Source: a virus. From it: a stretch of 64,000 nt of DNA. Both the position numbers and the translations under genes were made by a program. Below, piece by piece: positions 1 through 8,888 of this stretch; position 1 is the stretch's first letter; the number at the start of each line of letters is the position of its first letter. Location: the IMG/VR virus record IMGVR_UViG_3300010354_000046, positions 64,001-128,000 of that record. One strand, given 5' to 3'. The notes below the pieces were generated by a model. The model searched no databases. It saw only the letters and a program-made list of their open reading frames with translations, and was not told the origin of the DNA.

Positions 1-217
1 GTCGACGGAGCTCGATATTTAAATATTCCAAAATTGCTTCAATTTCCTGAAGCTGACTAAATCTTTGTTCAACAATTCCAGGCATCGAAGCTGCCGCTCG
101 TTCAACATTACCTGTAATGCGACATTCTAACCTTGCATCTTGCAATTCAGTGTTAAAAAAGTCAACAGCATCAGGAATATGCGATATATCTTTTGAAATT
201 TTTGTATACCAGCTCAT
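1..217 (-). CDS. uvsY: UvsY-like recombination mediator protein (partial, runs off the left edge)
   Basis: Not in the ORF track. Manual translation from ATG at 217 (TAATG overlap with the upstream stop) gives MSWYTKISKDISHIPDAVDFFNTELQDARLECRITGNVERAAASMPGIVEQRFSQLQEIEAILEYLNIELRR, open to the edge. Helical protein, two genes downstream of uvsX. Confidence 0.6.
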   Translation of the reverse strand, partial: MSWYTKISKDISHIPDAVDFFNTELQDARLECRITGNVERAAASMPGIVEQRFSQLQEIEAILEYLNIELRR

Positions 218-453
218 TAGAACTCTAATTCTTTATAATCGTCGTCGTCTTCTTCGTCTTCTTCATCTAGGTAATACTCTATAGCCTGGTCAAGTACGCT
301 GTCAACGCCCATAGCACTTTGCATGACACGGTCGCTAACACCATAATCTGCTAAAAGATCTACATAGCGTTCGGCTGCTGCCTCAATTTGTTTCTTTTCG
401 ATGAAATCGCTAAACAGCATCCAAACATCACCAATTTGAGATTCATTCAACAT
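217..453 (-). CDS. Small acidic hypothetical protein
   Basis: ORF track 217..462. ATG at 453 has GAGGAG about 10 nt upstream. Acidic C-terminus DEEDEEDDDDYKELEF. Confidence 0.75.
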   Translation of the reverse strand: MLNESQIGDVWMLFSDFIEKKQIEAAAERYVDLLADYGVSDRVMQSAMGVDSVLDQAIEYYLDEEDEEDDDDYKELEF

Positions 454-1501
454 GTTCTTCATTCTCCTCAGGAACGGTAGTTGTAGGTTTGATATGAAAT
501 TTTTCCATTATCATATCTAATTTATCATCTTTCCATTCTTTTCGGTAGAATTTGAACTCTTCTCCAGTCTCTGGGTCAACCCACTTGAGTCTATTACCTT
601 CTTGCTTGAGCAAACCTTCCTTCTCAAACAAATCGACAACACCACTATAAGGATTCATGCCTGTTTCATAAGGAATCTTAACTTGAACACCTTCAAAAGG
701 TTTAGCATAGCGTGTTTTCATAATTTTACATGCCGCACGAATACCGTTTACTTCTGAAACCTTGTTGCCATCTTCGTCTTCTTTGAGTTTTAGCTTCTTC
801 ATCGCAACTACAATGCTAGATGCATAGATAAAACCTTGTCCGCCTGAAATTTTATCATCGGGATCGAACATATCTTGACTAGCGTATGTGTGATTAGTGG
901 CAACTAGTCCAATGTTTAGTGAACCAAACATGTTTACACAGTTACGAACAAGTGCTGTCAGTGCTTTAGGCTTACGACCCATGTCACCTTTCAAATCGCC
1001 TGCTTCAAACTGATTAACGTCAGTAGGTGTTAGCAACATACCGAGCGAGTCAACTACAAACAAGACCTTTGGTCGTGTTTCTTCAGGCATTTCTTTGTAT
1101 TCTTTGATAAACTCGTTAATAGTTTTAGCAACATCGTCAATCATTGCCATATTAAGTTTGAGTAGCTTGTCTTCGCTAGTATCGACGCCAAGTGCCTTAA
1201 GCCATTCTTCGTCGAGCGCATTTTCGCTATCAATCAAGACAACATAAATGCCCTGTGCTTGTGCATTTTTAACAATATTGCCAGAGCAAATGTAAGACTT
1301 ACCTGCACCAGACTCACCCGCAAATACCGTGACTTTACCTAGAGGAATACCTCTGTGGAAATCACCACTAATAAGATAATTTAAGGCGTAATTGCCTGTG
1401 CTAACCCAGTCTGTAGGATCTGTAAATCCTACGCTAAGTCCGTCAATAGACTTAGTCAAAGTTTTTCTAAATTTCGATAAATCGAAGGCTTTTGTAGCCA
1501 T
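443..1501 (-). CDS. uvsX: RecA-like recombinase (UvsX)
   Basis: Walker A GESGAGKS, IDSENAL, Walker B VVDSLG, SGG(Q)GFIY; SD AGGAG upstream. Confidence 0.95.
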   Translation of the reverse strand: MATKAFDLSKFRKTLTKSIDGLSVGFTDPTDWVSTGNYALNYLISGDFHRGIPLGKVTVFAGESGAGKSYICSGNIVKNAQAQGIYVVLIDSENALDEEWLKALGVDTSEDKLLKLNMAMIDDVAKTINEFIKEYKEMPEETRPKVLFVVDSLGMLLTPTDVNQFEAGDLKGDMGRKPKALTALVRNCVNMFGSLNIGLVATNHTYASQDMFDPDDKISGGQGFIYASSIVVAMKKLKLKEDEDGNKVSEVNGIRAACKIMKTRYAKPFEGVQVKIPYETGMNPYSGVVDLFEKEGLLKQEGNRLKWVDPETGEEFKFYRKEWKDDKLDMIMEKFHIKPTTTVPEENEEHVE

Positions 1502-1524
1502 AGTTATTCTCCTAAAATAGATAA

Positions 1525-1560
1525 CTTGGGCGTACGGTGATCAACCCGCAGAGGCCCAAG
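1525..1560 (-). promoter_or_regulatory. GC-rich intergenic stem-loop between ssb and uvsX
   Basis: CTTGGGC...GCCCAAG outer stem plus inner TGCGG/CCGTA stem; no U-tract. Confidence 0.5.
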
Positions 1561-1567
1561 CCGTGTT

Positions 1568-2542
1568 TTACTTTTGACGATTGCGGATCATTGCCAAGAT
1601 GTCTTGTGCTCGGCTATCGCCACCGCCTGTGCTTGCAGGTGCTTCTGCTTTAGATGCAGGTGCTTCTGCTTTAGGAGTTGCTTTTGGTGCAGGTTCATCT
1701 TCGAAATCATCGGCTGCTGCCTTTGATGTTTTAGCCTGCGGATCACCAGTTGCGGCGCTCATTCCTGCTGGTTTGAAATACTGACCCCAACGATCCATGT
1801 CATATGCTTCACCATCAACAGATGCTTCGAACATTTCTTTCATTACCTTAAGCTCAACATCTGTTGGCTTCTTAGGTAAGAAATCGTTCAAATTAAACAA
1901 ACCATGTTGTTTAATTGCTGTTTGTTCATCATCGCTTAGTGGACGCTCACGACGCGACCATGTTGATGTAGAGTAATCGGCATAACCGCCTTTACTACCC
2001 TTTTTCATACGGAAGTCTAATCCATGTACAAAGTCAGTTGGCAAATCTTCCAATTCTGGATCAACCAGCGCAGAACGAATCAATTGGAAAATCTGTGGTC
2101 CGATAATGAATCGGCGAATTGGGTTTTCAGGGTGTTCTGTTTCCTTTAAACCATCCTCAACAACAAAACCTTGGAAGATGTAACTACGCTTTTTCCAGTA
2201 TTTACGACCCATGTCTTCTAGACTAGGATCCTTAAACCAAGGACGAACCTCGCTCAGAATGGGACAAGTTTCTCCGTACATTTCCATGCAAGGAACATTA
2301 ACTACTACTGGTTTGCTTTCTGATTCACCTTTTACGCCTGCGAACGGCAATTTGATCATTGCTCGTTCAACCCAGAAAAAAGTGTTGTCGGTGTTACCAT
2401 CTGGTAAGAATCGCAGAACGGATTCGCTACCTTCTTTTAGATTCCAGAACGGATAAATTGAATTATCTCCGCCTGTTCTTTCTCCTGAACCTTTTTGTTC
2501 AGATGCCTTAAGTTTTGCTCTAATTTCAGCCAAAGTTGCCAT
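1568..2542 (-). CDS. ssb: gp32-like single-stranded DNA-binding protein
   Basis: Start MATLAEIRAKL at 2542 with SD AAGGAG. Motifs LRFLP, CP, YWKKRSY, GYADYSTS resemble T4 gp32; adjacent to uvsX. Confidence 0.88.
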   Translation of the reverse strand: MATLAEIRAKLKASEQKGSGERTGGDNSIYPFWNLKEGSESVLRFLPDGNTDNTFFWVERAMIKLPFAGVKGESESKPVVVNVPCMEMYGETCPILSEVRPWFKDPSLEDMGRKYWKKRSYIFQGFVVEDGLKETEHPENPIRRFIIGPQIFQLIRSALVDPELEDLPTDFVHGLDFRMKKGSKGGYADYSTSTWSRRERPLSDDEQTAIKQHGLFNLNDFLPKKPTDVELKVMKEMFEASVDGEAYDMDRWGQYFKPAGMSAATGDPQAKTSKAAADDFEDEPAPKATPKAEAPASKAEAPASTGGGDSRAQDILAMIRNRQK

Positions 2543-2602
2543 AATTTTCTCCTTTATTAGCCTTTGTTTTTTATGTGCCTTTATTTGTTGAAACCTATCA
2601 AC

Positions 2603-2635
2603 AAAAAACGCATACATGTTATTGTATGCGTTTTT
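2603..2635 (-). terminator. Intrinsic terminator hairpin overlapping the ssb promoter
   Basis: Minus strand AAAAACGCATACA-ATAACA-TGTATGCGTTTTTT. Confidence 0.7.
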
Positions 2636-2649
2636 ATTTAGTCTTGCAA
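2621..2649 (-). promoter_or_regulatory. sigma70-like promoter for ssb-uvsX-uvsY, with an embedded TAAATA late motif
   Basis: TTGCAA-N17-TACAAT on the minus strand; TAAATA at 2635-2640 lies within the spacer. Confidence 0.6.
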
Positions 2650-2672
2650 GAACTTTTTTGTTCTAAATGTGA

Positions 2673-4004
2673 TTATCTATGATTTACTATGCTCAAAATT
2701 CTTTGTAATTCTGAGTAACCGGTTGATTCGGGCATTACTCCATATTGACCGGTAATATTACCCATAGCATCAACGCTGGAGTCCATAGTGTTGGCAGCGC
2801 CACCGGCTGGTGCAGCTCTACCCGGCAATGTCTTTTGTTGGGCAGCTTGGCCAGCTGGTTTTTTGGTGTCAGCCATCTTTACTGCATATTTTTTGCCCTT
2901 CCACATGAACTCCTTTTCACCTTTAGCTCTAGCATCTGCAAATGCTTTACCAAATGGCATAGCATCTCGGTTAGCTGGTGCAGCTGGTGCAGCTGGTGCA
3001 GCCGGTGCAGCTGGTTGGGCAGCTTGGCCACTTGGTGCGGCTGCGCCAGGGTTATATAAATCTCCTGTTTCGGAATTTTTCTTAACATTTGGATTTATTT
3101 TGCCTGTGTCATCGCTAACATCTAGTCCTGTTGCTTGACCTTGTGCATTTACTGCATTGCCGCTTAGTCCCTGAGCAGCTAGTCCTTTGTCAGCTTCTTT
3201 CTTTTTAGCAGCAGTCCAATCAGCAGTTGCTTGTGCTTGAGTAGCAGGTTCAACAAAATTAGGATCTCCTGCGCTTACTACATTGCCATTTTCATCTTTA
3301 GTAAATCCTGGCATTAAGTTGCCTTCATCGTCAACAGATCCCGGTGGTGTTCCAGCCGGTGTTGCAGGCGCTGCTGCTGGCGCTGGTTCTGTCGCTGGCT
3401 GCGCGGCCTGTCCAGCTGGTAGTCGAGTTTTATTTGCAAAAGCATTTGGAGTACCGGCAGTATTTGCACCTGCTTCAGCATCCATTCTATCGGCAATTCG
3501 ACTAGCTTGTGCTGCGGCATCTGGTGTAGCTGCCGGTGCTGCTGCCGTTGGTGCTTGTGCTGGTGCCGCCGCTGGTGCTTGGGCTTGTGCTGGTGCTTGT
3601 GCAGGTGCCGCTGGCGCTGCCGCTACGGTTGCCTTAAACCCTAAACGTTTAGCAATTTGTTGGCTTTCGGGATCAGTAAAGTAACTTATAGGTACAGAAT
3701 CTTTTCCTAACATTTTCTTTACAAGATACGGGTCTTGCGGATCAACTCCGCCTAACTTTTGCTTTTGATCTGGTGTAAGCCCGGCCGATGAACCTGCAGG
3801 AGTTCCGCTAGTTACTGCGGCTCCGCTGCCACTTTTTACTGTGCCACCTGAACCTGTTTTTACTGCATTTGTAGGAGCGTTCATGGTAACACCATTAACA
3901 GTTTGTGTTTGTACTGGTTGACTTGGATCAGCAGGTAGCGTAACTTTTTCTGCTATTAAATCTTTTTCAGTAACTAAGTTAATATAATCTCTTATAGATT
4001 TCAT
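2673..4004 (-). CDS. Ala/Pro-rich hypothetical protein, probable internal head protein
   Basis: 443 aa, low complexity; N-terminus MKSIRDYINLVTE; FGKAFADARAKGEKEFMWKGKKY module. Confidence 0.75.
   Translation of the reverse strand: MKSIRDYINLVTEKDLIAEKVTLPADPSQPVQTQTVNGVTMNAPTNAVKTGSGGTVKSGSGAAVTSGTPAGSSAGLTPDQKQKLGGVDPQDPYLVKKMLGKDSVPISYFTDPESQQIAKRLGFKATVAAAPAAPAQAPAQAQAPAAAPAQAPTAAAPAATPDAAAQASRIADRMDAEAGANTAGTPNAFANKTRLPAGQAAQPATEPAPAAAPATPAGTPPGSVDDEGNLMPGFTKDENGNVVSAGDPNFVEPATQAQATADWTAAKKKEADKGLAAQGLSGNAVNAQGQATGLDVSDDTGKINPNVKKNSETGDLYNPGAAAPSGQAAQPAAPAAPAAPAAPANRDAMPFGKAFADARAKGEKEFMWKGKKYAVKMADTKKPAGQAAQQKTLPGRAAPAGGAANTMDSSVDAMGNITGQYGVMPESTGYSELQRILSIVNHR
2974..3015. repeat. 9-bp tandem repeat (GCTGGTGCA, about 4.7 copies) encoding (PAA)n
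   Basis: Directly visible in the sequence. Confidence 0.85.
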
Positions 4005-4006
4005 GT

Positions 4007-6523
4007 TTATTTCCCGAAGTTAATTTTTTGCATAATCGCCTTCATCATATCTGCTGGATTCATTTGTCCTCCAGGAAATTGGATGTTTTGATTAGGTACT
4101 TGTCCTTGAGCTTTATTCAAAGCGCCGCCGACTTTTCTTTGTAGAACTTGTTGAATTTGATCAGGATTGCCAAAGTCTAACACATCGTCGTCTGTATCAT
4201 CATCACCAAATTTAGGTAATTTAAATTTCATGTTATTGGCTTGTCCAACTGCATCGTCGTAGCTAGCTGGTTTGCCGTTAACCATTCCAGAACTTGTGTT
4301 TGTTTGTGCAATCTTTGCACCTGGGTCCTTTTGTATGTTACCCATCATCTGTTGCATTTGACCCATCATACTATCAAAGTCAGGCATGCTACCAGTTTCG
4401 TCAACTGCCATCTCTGGTTTTTGGACTCCTGCTAGTCTCAGTACATTTTGCTGTTCGTCTCCGCTAGGATCTTTCATATCAATAAATTTCAATACCTTGA
4501 TTAAATCTTCTTCTGTAGCACCTTCGAACATGCCGTCTTCGAATGCTTTTTTCAATTTAATTTTGATACGCATACCGCCTAATGGAAAATTTCCCTTTTC
4601 TTTGTTGTAGAATCCGCTAACATACTTTAGCATTGCTAGTAAACCTGATTCTTCTGCTTGTTCTTCAAAACCACACTCCATTGGAGTCATGCCACATTCT
4701 TTGATAGCATCGTGTAACGTCATTTCTTTATGACCAAAATCCAGTTTTGTATCTAGCTTTGCTCCAGCTGATTTTGCTTTTTGAATAGCTTTCATTAGAC
4801 CTTGCTTGGCTAAATGTTTAGCACTAGAATGTCCTTGCCCATGTTTACCTGCAAGAGCATTAGGATTTTTCCTTGGAGGATCAGCATCAAATGGAGGATC
4901 TTCATTCTCTGCCACAGGTGCCGGTGTTGCAGGTGCTGCTGGTGCTGCCGCGGCTGCTGGTTCTGCTGGTGCCGCTGGTGCCGCTGGCGCTGCAGGTTCT
5001 GCTGGAGGAGCTTCTGGAGCTGCCGCCATAGGTTCAGCAGGGGCTTCTGGTGCAGGCATAGCACTACCTTCAAAGTCTAACTGTGTCGCAACTTCTGGAT
5101 CTTGTTCTTGCACAAAATCTTGTATCATAGATCTTACATCTAGGTCTGGATCTAAGTCAGCTAGTTGCTCTAAAAATTTAGGATCGTCGATGAAACCTCT
5201 AATTGTATCTACTGCTGTACCAGCAGGAAGCTCTTGACTTAAAACTTGATCATTAAAATCTTGGATTGCATTTTGTTGGACTTTTTCATCTTTACTGAAT
5301 AGTAAATTTTGGCCTTGAGCATTGGCCATATCTTCCCCAACAAGGCTATCCATGAAGTTTTCAAATGTATCTTCAATGTCTTCTTTCTTGTGGCTCTTAT
5401 AGCCTTTATTTTTCATCCAATTAGTTAAAGCATATGGATTATCAATATCTTTATGCTTCTTCATAGCCTTAACTGTGCCTTCCCAGCCTTTTGGAGCTTC
5501 TTCGGCAACGTCTACGTCAGTTTCAAACCACTCATGTGTAATTTCTTTAACCGGTAGTTCGGACTCATCAATAAACTTATAAATGTAAGGAAATACTGAT
5601 TTTAATTCTTCGTTGAATGTTCTTAGAGTCAATCTGTCAACTAAATGATTAACTACTGCTTCGGGGATTTCTTGTTCTTCTTGTTCTTGAAAACTTTCAA
5701 CATATTGTTCATAGAAAGCAGGGCGCTGTAGCTTGTGAATTGTTTCTTTAATTTGATCAATTCTTTCTAAGACGCGGTCAGTGACTACTCCCATTGCTTC
5801 ACTAATTTGTTCCTGGCGTGTTACATACCCTTTAAATTTTCTTAAATGCGCCAATTCCTCACTTAAACTACAGATATGCTTTCCTAGTCCATCGTACGGG
5901 TTGCCACCATGTTTGATATGTTCAGCTAATGCACGAGCGCCGTTGATATGTTTAGATGGATATTTGAATCTTTCACCAACTGCATTTTCAATATAAATGC
6001 ATTCAATATGCATTGTACGTCCAGCTGGAAGATCTAAATTAATTGGTTGACTATGTTTAATAATCAAACGTGCTTCGCCTAGGTCCTGATAGCTCATTCT
6101 ATTGGTACCGTACATCTTGTTTTCCATAATTAAATCTTCCTTGGGTTTAGCTTGAAATTGATAATCTCTCTTGTCTAATTCGCTTTTTCCAATATTCTGT
6201 ACGTCAAAATTTAACAAGCGAACTTTTGCAAATTTTCTAAATGATTTGATAAAATCGTAGGCATGGCCTTTTAAATTATTATCATCGTCGACTAAATCTC
6301 CGCTGATCTGCATAACAATGCCATCTTCTTCGTCTAGTGTGATAGCAACAGTTCCTAACGGTTCTCCGTCTTCTACATATTCGAATTCAAAAAATCTTGC
6401 ATTAGGAATGTCAGCTTTTTTGCTCAAAATGTTGCCTTCTTCGTCGCCGAAGGTAATGTCAGGAAAACGAACTTGTATTTTCCCGTATAAGTCTTTTGCA
6501 ATTTTATCTAAATTAGAGTCCAT
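4007..6523 (-). CDS. Large acidic hypothetical protein, probable prohead core/scaffold-type protein
   Basis: Likely start MDSNLDKIAK at 6523, 4 nt after TAAATA (avoids overlap with terL). Glu-rich, Ala/Pro linker, VLRLAGV motif; located next to the terminase. Confidence 0.7.
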   Translation of the reverse strand: MDSNLDKIAKDLYGKIQVRFPDITFGDEEGNILSKKADIPNARFFEFEYVEDGEPLGTVAITLDEEDGIVMQISGDLVDDDNNLKGHAYDFIKSFRKFAKVRLLNFDVQNIGKSELDKRDYQFQAKPKEDLIMENKMYGTNRMSYQDLGEARLIIKHSQPINLDLPAGRTMHIECIYIENAVGERFKYPSKHINGARALAEHIKHGGNPYDGLGKHICSLSEELAHLRKFKGYVTRQEQISEAMGVVTDRVLERIDQIKETIHKLQRPAFYEQYVESFQEQEEQEIPEAVVNHLVDRLTLRTFNEELKSVFPYIYKFIDESELPVKEITHEWFETDVDVAEEAPKGWEGTVKAMKKHKDIDNPYALTNWMKNKGYKSHKKEDIEDTFENFMDSLVGEDMANAQGQNLLFSKDEKVQQNAIQDFNDQVLSQELPAGTAVDTIRGFIDDPKFLEQLADLDPDLDVRSMIQDFVQEQDPEVATQLDFEGSAMPAPEAPAEPMAAAPEAPPAEPAAPAAPAAPAEPAAAAAPAAPATPAPVAENEDPPFDADPPRKNPNALAGKHGQGHSSAKHLAKQGLMKAIQKAKSAGAKLDTKLDFGHKEMTLHDAIKECGMTPMECGFEEQAEESGLLAMLKYVSGFYNKEKGNFPLGGMRIKIKLKKAFEDGMFEGATEEDLIKVLKFIDMKDPSGDEQQNVLRLAGVQKPEMAVDETGSMPDFDSMMGQMQQMMGNIQKDPGAKIAQTNTSSGMVNGKPASYDDAVGQANNMKFKLPKFGDDDTDDDVLDFGNPDQIQQVLQRKVGGALNKAQGQVPNQNIQFPGGQMNPADMMKAIMQKINFGK

Positions 6524-6527
6524 GTTA

Positions 6528-6533
6528 TATTTA
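6528..6533 (-). promoter_or_regulatory. Late-promoter-like TAAATA motif
   Basis: gATAAATA-taac-ATG. Confidence 0.6.
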
Positions 6534-8126
6534 TCAGAAGCCAGATGAAATGAATATAGGCAACGGAGCTTCGAAATCTTCGTCCGAATGCTCAAGATTT
6601 AGCCTTTCAAAGATAGCAGGTTCCCATTCTGCTAAAACTACAGTCATACGAACTATCAGCAACAATGCCGCTACTAAGTCATCATTTTGGCCTTCTTTTG
6701 CCTTAAATGTGACTCCGTGAGCAATATAAGTTTTAAGTTCGCTTATCAAAATTTTGCTGTTAATAGTCATTTTTTCTTCTTCAATGAAGTACTTTAATCG
6801 ACTACAAGCACTAATTTTATTTCCATGAGTAGTATTAAAACCTTTACGAAATTTACGAACATGCCCTTTTCTTTGTGGTTCGCTTAGGAATAGCCCTGGA
6901 AAAGTTTCTTCTCCTAAATTAGCAATAACTACTAGGGCGCTTTCTCCCAACGTGTTATTTTCCACACTCCAGTATATAGAGTTAGAATATGAAGTACCTA
7001 TTTCGTCTTGTATATATCTAAGCACATCTCGTAATAATTTTACTTGATCTTGGACGATAGTTAAGTTATGTTGCCATTCAGCACATTGCATCATACTAGG
7101 TAATTCAAATACTTGTATGCCGGCATAGTCGCCGCCGGTACCTAAACTAGGATCTAAAGCTATGATATATGTATTACCAGGTGTAGGTTTCTTGTACCAG
7201 CGAACCTGTCCCATCTTAAACTGAGGTTCGCGACCTGTTAATGCTGCTAGTTTGAGACTATTAATTAATGTTTCATCGTAGATTAAGAATTCGCAACCAT
7301 ATTCTCGACGGAAGCGTTCTTCACCAATGCGGCCCATTTCTTCTTCCCGCCACTGATTATCTCTATCTGGATGTTCGTGCCATTCGGCTCTGAATCCGTG
7401 AAATCCGTTACGACCCGTTCCGTCGTCTTTTTCGTTACCGTAACTGTCGTATAAGTCTTGTGATTCTTTCCAAATATTAGCAAATGTATCTTCATCACTA
7501 TTTGGAGTAGATGTAATAATCGCCTTACCACCTGTCGCTAGTGTAGGAGAAATGGAGGTCCAAAATTCTTCGGCAATGTTAGGCTGCACAAACGCAAACT
7601 CATCGCAGTATAGTAACGAAATAGACATACCACGACCTGTTGTGCCTGTTGTTGTTTGACTTACTATACGTGATCCGTTGTCAAATTCAATGCTACCTTT
7701 ATTATAACTTATAACACCAGATCTAATAAAATCGGGGCATAATTCGTATCCATAACGTATACGTTGCATAATTTCCTGAGCACCTGTATATTTGTGCGCG
7801 GCCACTAACACCGTTTGATCTGGATGAAACATTGCATACCATAACAAATAACCCGCAGCACATGTAGTCTTCCCCGATTGGCGCGGCATCATGTTTATAT
7901 TAAAACGATAATCATGATAACTATGCAATAACCTTACTTGATAGTCGTAAGGTTCAAATTTAACTTTACCTTTAGTAGGATGTTGTATATGAAAAAAGTT
8001 TTTAACAAAGTGCATGTACCCTTCTATGGGGTCAGCACACTTTAACAAGTGCTCGACTTGTTGTTCACTGAATGTTTCTTTAGTATGCGCCTTTTTAGTT
8101 AGGACGCCGTCTAGACTTTTTGCCAT
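6534..8126 (-). CDS. terL: Terminase large subunit (gp17-like)
   Basis: YDYQ adenine motif, Walker A PRQSGKTT, Walker B LLYCDEFAF, STPN, nuclease ALDPSLG...DDLV; start MAKSLDG at 8126. Confidence 0.96.
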   Translation of the reverse strand: MAKSLDGVLTKKAHTKETFSEQQVEHLLKCADPIEGYMHFVKNFFHIQHPTKGKVKFEPYDYQVRLLHSYHDYRFNINMMPRQSGKTTCAAGYLLWYAMFHPDQTVLVAAHKYTGAQEIMQRIRYGYELCPDFIRSGVISYNKGSIEFDNGSRIVSQTTTGTTGRGMSISLLYCDEFAFVQPNIAEEFWTSISPTLATGGKAIITSTPNSDEDTFANIWKESQDLYDSYGNEKDDGTGRNGFHGFRAEWHEHPDRDNQWREEEMGRIGEERFRREYGCEFLIYDETLINSLKLAALTGREPQFKMGQVRWYKKPTPGNTYIIALDPSLGTGGDYAGIQVFELPSMMQCAEWQHNLTIVQDQVKLLRDVLRYIQDEIGTSYSNSIYWSVENNTLGESALVVIANLGEETFPGLFLSEPQRKGHVRKFRKGFNTTHGNKISACSRLKYFIEEEKMTINSKILISELKTYIAHGVTFKAKEGQNDDLVAALLLIVRMTVVLAEWEPAIFERLNLEHSDEDFEAPLPIFISSGF

Positions 8127-8131
8127 AACAT

Positions 8132-8137
8132 TATTTA
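8132..8137 (-). promoter_or_regulatory. Late-promoter-like TAAATA motif
   Basis: gTAAATA-atgtt-ATG of terL. Confidence 0.6.
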
Positions 8138-8140
8138 CAT

Positions 8141-8168
8141 AAAAAAAGCCACCATTTAGGTGGCTTTT
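8141..8168 (-). terminator. Intrinsic terminator
   Basis: AAAAGCCACC-TAAAT-GGTGGCTTTTTTT, downstream of the 8202 ORF. Confidence 0.85.
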
Positions 8169-8201
8169 GGTGGGCACTTAATCTACCCGAGCTGCACTGA
8201 T

Positions 8202-8888
8202 TCAGTCGTCCAAGTCGCCGCGATCTTTTGCAGACTTTAACATGTCAATGCGATCTTTGTAACCTTTGATACCTGGTTTAATATCCTTGGCGGCTTTCTT
8301 TTCGCCTGCTGTAGGGTTCTTAATGTGCTTCATCGTTGTCTTTTCTTGATGACTAGCTTCTTTGATTGCTTCATATTGCCCTGCTAGCTTGTCAACTAGT
8401 GATTCCATATGTGCTTTTGGTAAACCTGTCTGACGTGTTCTGTGATCGCCGAGGTTAGCTGATAGATCATTGCTCGGTGGATTTAAGACATCGTCCATTT
8501 CATATGTGTCTGGCTCGACAGGATTAGCAAAAGATTCTGCTGCATCAATGTCTAACATGTCTGCATCGTCGGCCATGCCAATAATAACATCTTTAGCATC
8601 ATCACCTGTGCTGCCAGCAGCGTCTTCAATATTTCTTAAAATATCCATCAAGTCACGAATACCGCCTTTGCCTGACCCATTCATGCTGACATTCATTGTC
8701 ACGCTATCACTTTGCTTTGGTGCATGAGGCATCATATCCATGCCACATTCTTCCATTTCTGCATCTCCGATAAGAAGCTTGTCACCCATAGGCATATCAC
8801 CGCATTCCGATGCAGGCATAGATGGTGGTGCCATCTGGGCACCTTCGTCTAAGTCCCTTAGTTTAGTAATTAATTGTTCTAAATTCAT
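8202..8888 (-). CDS. Acidic hypothetical protein (head module)
   Basis: 228 aa, Asp/Met-rich with a basic C-terminal module; ATGA-coupled to the upstream gene. Confidence 0.75.
   Translation of the reverse strand: MNLEQLITKLRDLDEGAQMAPPSMPASECGDMPMGDKLLIGDAEMEECGMDMMPHAPKQSDSVTMNVSMNGSGKGGIRDLMDILRNIEDAAGSTGDDAKDVIIGMADDADMLDIDAAESFANPVEPDTYEMDDVLNPPSNDLSANLGDHRTRQTGLPKAHMESLVDKLAGQYEAIKEASHQEKTTMKHIKNPTAGEKKAAKDIKPGIKGYKDRIDMLKSAKDRGDLDD

Noticed and set aside
2745-5237. Several plus-strand and alternative-frame ORFs
   Set aside because: Shadows of the Ala/Pro repeat tracts in real minus-strand genes.
2543-8177. ORF-track starts at 2617, 6595 and 8177 (also 31806)
   Set aside because: They run through terminators, promoters or neighbouring genes; the downstream starts at 2542, 6523, 8126 and 31830 have SD, TAAATA or ATGA support.
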